64,000 nt of DNA from Spirochaetia bacterium (GTDB taxonomy: Bacteria; Spirochaetota; Spirochaetia; SZUA-6; Bin103): positions 5,760,001 to 5,824,000 of the forward strand of contig CBDBDQ010000005.1 of the NCBI GenBank assembly GCA_965203905.1. Reading direction: 5' to 3'. This document shows positions 59,292 through 64,000 of this stretch, piece after piece. Each line of letters opens with the position of its first letter. Positions within the stretch are counted from its first letter, which is position 1. Position numbers and translations under genes: made by a program. The notes under the pieces were generated by a model. That model was not told the DNA's origin. It saw nothing but the letters and a program-made list of their open reading frames with translations, and ran no database searches.

Positions 59292-59970
59292 CGCTGCTTC
59301 GGTCCCGGTGCTGCAGGCGCGACGCGCCACCAAGCGCTACCGCAGCGCCTCGGGCGACGTGATGGCGTTGAGCAGCGTCGATCTCGTCGTTCAACAGGGT
59401 CAGTTCGTAATCGTGATCGGGCCGTCCGGCAGCGGCAAGAGCACCCTGCTCAATGTGTTGGCAGGCATCGACACGGTGGATGAGGGCAAGGTCTACTACC
59501 GCAGCCGGGCGTTGAGCGACTACACCGACGCCCAGCGCACCCGTCTGCGCCGGCGTGCGTTGGCGGTGGTGTTCCAGAGCTTCGAACTGGCGCCACTCAT
59601 GAACTGCTATCGCAACATCGAGTTTCCGTTGCTGCTGGCGCACGTGTCTCGGGCCGAGCGGCGGCATCGGGTGCAGCGAATCGCGGACCAACTGGAGATC
59701 GGAAGTCTGCTTGGGCGCAGAATCAACGCCGTATCCATGGGGCAGCGGCAGCGAATCGCCATCGCCCGTGCCCTGGTGGTGGAGCCCGAGGTAGTGTTGG
59801 GCGACGAGATCACCGCCAGTCTCGACTCGCACTCGTCGCGGCGCATCTATGCGCTGCTGCGGCGACAGCAGCGTACGGCCGGACGTACGTTCGTCATGGT
59901 CACGCACGACAGCTCACTGGCAGAGCCTGGCGACCGCCTGCTGCAGATGCGCGACGGCAGGCTGGGGTAA
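59278..59970 (+). CDS. LolD/MacB-type ABC ATPase
   Basis: GPSGSGKST, VFQSF, VSMGQRQR (variant signature), GDEITASLD and VTHD motifs. Confidence 0.88.
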   Translation: MPESDAASVPVLQARRATKRYRSASGDVMALSSVDLVVQQGQFVIVIGPSGSGKSTLLNVLAGIDTVDEGKVYYRSRALSDYTDAQRTRLRRRALAVVFQSFELAPLMNCYRNIEFPLLLAHVSRAERRHRVQRIADQLEIGSLLGRRINAVSMGQRQRIAIARALVVEPEVVLGDEITASLDSHSSRRIYALLRRQQRTAGRTFVMVTHDSSLAEPGDRLLQMRDGRLG

Positions 59971-59983
59971 GGACACGCGTCCC

Positions 59984-61201
59984 GTGCGGTTGCTGTTCCC
60001 TGCATTACTGAACGTGGTGCACAACCTGCGCCGGACCGTGGCCGCGGTGGTGATCATCGCGCTTGGAACCGGACTGCTGTTTCTGAGCCATGCGTACCTG
60101 CAAGGACTCTACGCCATCCTCAGTGTCGGGATGCGCAACCAGTCCGGCGACTTGCAGGTTCATCATGCCGACTACGACCATGCCAGCCCGAACGCCCAAC
60201 CGCTCATCCCCGGTGCCGCGCTGGCTCGGGTGGAGCAGATCGCCGCCGACGCGTCAGAAGTACGGGTGACGAGCAGGGAGCTGCTGTTCGGGGGCCTGAT
60301 GGAACACGCAGGACGGAGCACCGGAGTAGCCGTCGTGGGGTTGGAGACTGACCGACTGAATCGCGGAGCCGCAAGCCGACGCCAGGTGGTAACAGGGGCC
60401 GACCTGCAATACGGCGACACTGCGGCGGCCATTCTCGGCGAAGGCGTAGCGCAGCAGCTCGTAGTGGCTCCCGACCAGCAGGCGACGCTGTTCGTGCACA
60501 CCACGGCGGGGGCCGAGCGGGAGGTTGCGCTGGCGATCAGGGGGATCGTGCGCACGGGCAGCAGCTTCGCCGATGCCTATTCGATCTACGTGCCGCTACG
60601 GTTCGCACGACAGATCCTCGATACCGATGGTGCCCACCGGTTGCTGCTGTTTCTGCACCACGAGCGAGACCTGGACGTAGCGCAGGAGCGCCTGCACCGG
60701 CGTATCTCCGAGACCGGGTTGCCGCTGTCGGTTTCGAACTGGCGCGAGGTACAGGAGTTCTACGATCAGTTGAAGTCGTTCTACGATCTTCTGTTCAGGT
60801 TCGCGATTGTGGTGGTCACCCTGTTGTCCATGGTAGCCATCTTCGCGATGATTTCAGTCTCCTTCCTGGAACGCCTGCGCGAACTGGGGTCGTTGCGTGC
60901 CATCGGCACCACACGCGGCCAGTTGCTGCTGCTGCTGCTGGTCGAGTCGCTGACTACCTACCTGCTGGGCGTAGCGGCAGCACTCGGTCTCGGTCTGGCC
61001 GCGGGCGCCGCCATCAACGCCCTGGGTATCACCTTCGTGCCGATCGGCAGCAATCTCGCCGTTCCCTTCTACATCGACCTGGAGTTGAGGTACTTCCTGG
61101 TGCCCGCCATCATCACGCTGCTGATGACCGGCGCCGCCACGCTGGTTCCTACGCTGCGTACGGCTCGCCTCAGCATCGCGTCCGTCCTGCGTCACGACTG
61201 A
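59984..61201 (+). CDS. LolE/FtsX-type ABC permease
   Basis: N-terminal TM, large periplasmic domain, ERLRELGSLRAIG, three C-terminal TMs. Confidence 0.88.
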   Translation: MRLLFPALLNVVHNLRRTVAAVVIIALGTGLLFLSHAYLQGLYAILSVGMRNQSGDLQVHHADYDHASPNAQPLIPGAALARVEQIAADASEVRVTSRELLFGGLMEHAGRSTGVAVVGLETDRLNRGAASRRQVVTGADLQYGDTAAAILGEGVAQQLVVAPDQQATLFVHTTAGAEREVALAIRGIVRTGSSFADAYSIYVPLRFARQILDTDGAHRLLLFLHHERDLDVAQERLHRRISETGLPLSVSNWREVQEFYDQLKSFYDLLFRFAIVVVTLLSMVAIFAMISVSFLERLRELGSLRAIGTTRGQLLLLLLVESLTTYLLGVAAALGLGLAAGAAINALGITFVPIGSNLAVPFYIDLELRYFLVPAIITLLMTGAATLVPTLRTARLSIASVLRHD

Positions 61202-61221
61202 GGCGGTTCGGCGTCCCGGGA

Positions 61222-61661
61222 GTGATCGACGGCGGCGCGAGGACCTCTCGCAGGGCCACTTCGGGAAACAGGTCGGGATGCCGTCGCAGCGTCCCCCGCA
61301 GCTCCGTGTGGCAATGCCCCTCGAATCTTTGCTCCAGGGTTTCCAGCTTGTCGCTGACCATCGAGAAGTTGAAGCGCAGGGTGACGTAGCGGCTGCGTTC
61401 CTCCGTAGGACGGCGCCCGATGTCGGTGCCGGCAAAGGTGGCGTCGAAGTCGCCGGCCCAGAAACGGTCGTAGTAGTTCTCCAGCAGCGACACCCACAGC
61501 GTCTTGCCGAACCGCCGCGGGCGAATCCGGAAGGCGTAGTGCTCCTGCTCCAGACGCCGCAGGAAGCGGGTCTTGTCGACGTACAGCCACCGGTTCAGGC
61601 GAATGCGCCGGAAGTCGCCTTGGCCGTAGGGGATATGCGGGTACGCGGGTGCCTCGTCCAC
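61222..61661 (-). pseudogene. 5' fragment of an AAA-ATPase-like gene paralogous to 19723..21561
   Basis: First ~145 codons nearly identical to that gene (YPHIPYGQGDFRRIRLNRWLYVDKT...); similarity stops abruptly beside the permease stop. Confidence 0.85.
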
Positions 61662-61789
61662 TTGCAGACCGTGCCGACGACACTCTATCGGCTGTGCGAC
61701 GGCCCCTCAAGCAGCGAACGGCCGCTCGGCGGCCCGCTCGCTTGCGCGCGGCACGGCGCTCCTCCAGTTCCTCGAACCGGAAGCCGTGG

Positions 61790-63364
61790 TTACCAGGTGC
61801 CGCGCAGCGGCCACACGGAGACATTCCTGGCGTGGGCCACCCCGCCCTCCGCGAACAGGTCGACGCCGGTGGCGGAGGGCTCGGGATACACGCGGTCGGT
61901 GAGCGCGGCGCCGCCGCAGTACACCTCCAGGATGGAACGGTCCACGAAGATGCGCAGGGTGACGGTGCCTGCTTCGCCGTGAACGGTGCCGGCCGGTGCT
62001 GCGACCTGCGGTGCCTGCAGTTTCTCGGCCGCCCCTTGCAGGTCACCACTCTGGTTGGCGGCCGGGTTGGCGTAGACCTGTTCCGCACCGAGCAGGCGGT
62101 CGACGCCGATGCGGTTTCCCCCCGGCTCGTACCAGACGCGGACGCCACGGCCGTTGCCCGCCACCCGCACCGCGGCCCCGAACCGGTGGGCGTCGGTGCG
62201 CCGCAGGTAGACGGTCAACTCCAGCTCGAGGGAATCGCCGGTGACCGACTCCAGGTGGCCCGCGGTCCCTGGCACGATGGCCAGATCGCGTTGCCGGTGG
62301 AGCGGCCCGCGCAGGGTTTCGAGCTCCGGTACCGGGTACTGCAACAGCTCGTCGCCCGCCAGCTCCAGGACCCGCGGAATGCTGTGCGCGCCGATCCAGT
62401 ACGGCACCGTCTCAACCGGTGACCGTGCCCCCAGCAGCCAGCCCAGCAGCAGCCGGCGCTCGGCGCCTCCCGGCCCGCGGTCGTCCACCAGGTGCGGATT
62501 GACGCAGTAGTACAGGCCCAGGTCGACGAAGCGTGGCTCGCGTCGGTCGGGGTGGAAGCGGCGCGCCTTCCGGTCGTAGCTGCCGGTCCAGTAGGGATTG
62601 TTGCGGGCGCCGACCATCAGCACCGCTCGATCACCGAAGGGTACCAGGTAGGGCAGCTCCCAGTAGCGCCGGCCGGGGTCGTGGTCCTCGGCGATGGTGC
62701 CGCGGTGGGTCCACTCCTCCAGGTCGGGCGAGGTCCACAGGTGCGCGGCGCCGCGCCGGGCGGCACCCTCCCCCACCGCACCGCCGATGAGCTGCTGCCA
62801 CAGCTCGCCCTCCTTCCACACCTGGGCGTCCCAGTGCACCGGCGAGGCGGCGTTGGGGCGCTGCTCGTTGTCCATCACCTTGTGCTTGTGCCAGCTCAGC
62901 CAGCCGTCGGTGCTGCGCGCCAGCACGCCGTGGGCTTCGGCATGGCCGGCGACGTTGCCGGTGTACAGCGCACACGGGAAGCCGTCGTCGTCGATGAAGG
63001 TGTTGCCGGAGTAGACCCCCTCCACGTCGTAGCGGCGGTCGGGCCACATCGCCACCGGCCAGTCTTCCCAATGGACCAGGTCGGCGGAGGTTGCGTGGCC
63101 CCAGCACACGGGGCTCTGGCTGCCGTTGGCGAATACCGGCCGGTACTGGTAGAAGAGGTGGTAAACGCCCTGGTGGTAGATCGGACCGTTGGGGTCGTTG
63201 ATCCAGCCCTCCGGCGCCGTGAAGTGGTAGCGCGGCCGGTGCGGGTCGTTGGCTTCCATCCAGCGCCGCAGTTCCCGTGCCGCCGGGCCGAACACCTCCC
63301 GCTCCCTGCTGGTCACGGCCACGCGGAAGTCGCGCACCTCGCGCGGCCACGGCGCGCCGTTCAC
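61790..63364 (-). CDS. GH32 family glycoside hydrolase with variant motifs
   Basis: WINDPNG, WGHATS, YSG, WDAQV, WELP and IFVDRSILEVY motifs; GTG start overlaps the upstream stop. Confidence 0.85.
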   Translation of the reverse strand: MNGAPWPREVRDFRVAVTSREREVFGPAARELRRWMEANDPHRPRYHFTAPEGWINDPNGPIYHQGVYHLFYQYRPVFANGSQSPVCWGHATSADLVHWEDWPVAMWPDRRYDVEGVYSGNTFIDDDGFPCALYTGNVAGHAEAHGVLARSTDGWLSWHKHKVMDNEQRPNAASPVHWDAQVWKEGELWQQLIGGAVGEGAARRGAAHLWTSPDLEEWTHRGTIAEDHDPGRRYWELPYLVPFGDRAVLMVGARNNPYWTGSYDRKARRFHPDRREPRFVDLGLYYCVNPHLVDDRGPGGAERRLLLGWLLGARSPVETVPYWIGAHSIPRVLELAGDELLQYPVPELETLRGPLHRQRDLAIVPGTAGHLESVTGDSLELELTVYLRRTDAHRFGAAVRVAGNGRGVRVWYEPGGNRIGVDRLLGAEQVYANPAANQSGDLQGAAEKLQAPQVAAPAGTVHGEAGTVTLRIFVDRSILEVYCGGAALTDRVYPEPSATGVDLFAEGGVAHARNVSVWPLRGTW

Positions 63365-64000
63365 TCTCGATATTTCCTTATGATGTCGATGATCAGGCCG
63401 ATGTCGTCGCGGGCGGAGGCCAGCGGGGTGCGATTCTCGGTGCCGTCGACGATGCAGTCGTGGAAGTGGCGCAGCTCGCGCAGGAAGGCGCTCTCCCAGT
63501 CGACCGCGGGCTCGGTGCGGTAGGCGGTGCCGTCCGCATCGGTGCCCTGGATCACCAGGGAGGAGAGCAGGCCGCGCGCGAACCCGGTCGGATAGGAGAG
63601 CAGCACGCGCTGCCCGTCGCCGTAGATCTCCAGGGTCTCCTTGAAGTCCCACAGGTCGGGCAGGTCGATCCAGGTGGCGACGCAGCGGGCGCCGTTCGGG
63701 TACGCCAGGGTAAAGGTGACGGCGCGGCCCTCCTGCCAGATCTCGGCGCTCACCACGGCCTCCGGCAGACCCAGCACGGCGCGCATGGTGTACAGGTCGT
63801 GGATCATGCTGCCGGACAGCAGGTTGAAGGCGCGCACCACCTCTTCGGGGGCGTCGCCGAGGGCCTGCCTGGTGGCAACGCGGCGCGCGACCGCGGTCCG
63901 CTCGCTGGCGGCCGCGGGATAGTCGTCGAACCGGCGCAGGTCGAACTGGCGCAGGTGCAGGTCGTTGCTGGGATGCAGGTGGTTCACCTGCACGAAACGG
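63361..64000 (-). CDS. Gfo/Idh/MocA family oxidoreductase (partial, N-terminus outside window)
   Basis: GSMIHDL, LEIYG, F..EL.HF.DCI C-terminal pattern. Confidence 0.7.
   Translation of the reverse strand, partial: RFVQVNHLHPSNDLHLRQFDLRRFDDYPAAASERTAVARRVATRQALGDAPEEVVRAFNLLSGSMIHDLYTMRAVLGLPEAVVSAEIWQEGRAVTFTLAYPNGARCVATWIDLPDLWDFKETLEIYGDGQRVLLSYPTGFARGLLSSLVIQGTDADGTAYRTEPAVDWESAFLRELRHFHDCIVDGTENRTPLASARDDIGLIIDIIRKYRE

Noticed and set aside
1-64000. tRNA/rRNA genes
   Set aside because: No cloverleaf or rRNA signature was recognised in the intergenic spaces by eye; a tRNAscan-SE/Infernal run would be decisive.

Overview
High-GC bacterial window, mostly sugar/aromatic catabolic genes (iolE, three GH32-like glycosidases, SDRs, ThDP enzyme, mannonate dehydratase, extradiol dioxygenase, TauD), interrupted by lower-GC accessory blocks. 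The main discovery is a complete azol(in)e-type RiPP (TOMM/LAP) cluster on the minus strand at ~49.1-57.8 kb. Its two Cys-rich precursor peptides are absent from the ORF track (MKLKAIRFGEAILASPVTPGLPGCCCSCCCWCHCHCTTIATSPETGDDELV and MKLRVTRFTEARGSILASPAVAGWCCSCWCHCHCTTIATSPETGDDELV). They share an invariant 22-aa C-terminus encoded with only synonymous differences. The cluster also holds a ThiF-like C protein, YcaO, a SagB dehydrogenase plus a degenerate paralog, a CPBP protease, an ABC exporter and, unusually, an embedded metal-dependent amidohydrolase. The second highlight is a three-level nested insertion: a ~2.2-kb large-serine-recombinase mini-element inside an IS1634-family transposase, which lies inside the McrC-like gene of an McrBC-type system. 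Also present: a Hen1-Pnkp RNA repair operon, an FRG-domain islet, decayed toxin-antitoxin remnants, beta-propeller and Sel1 repeat proteins, and an AT-rich TCGCGA-pair array. All family calls come from motif recognition by eye; no database search was run.
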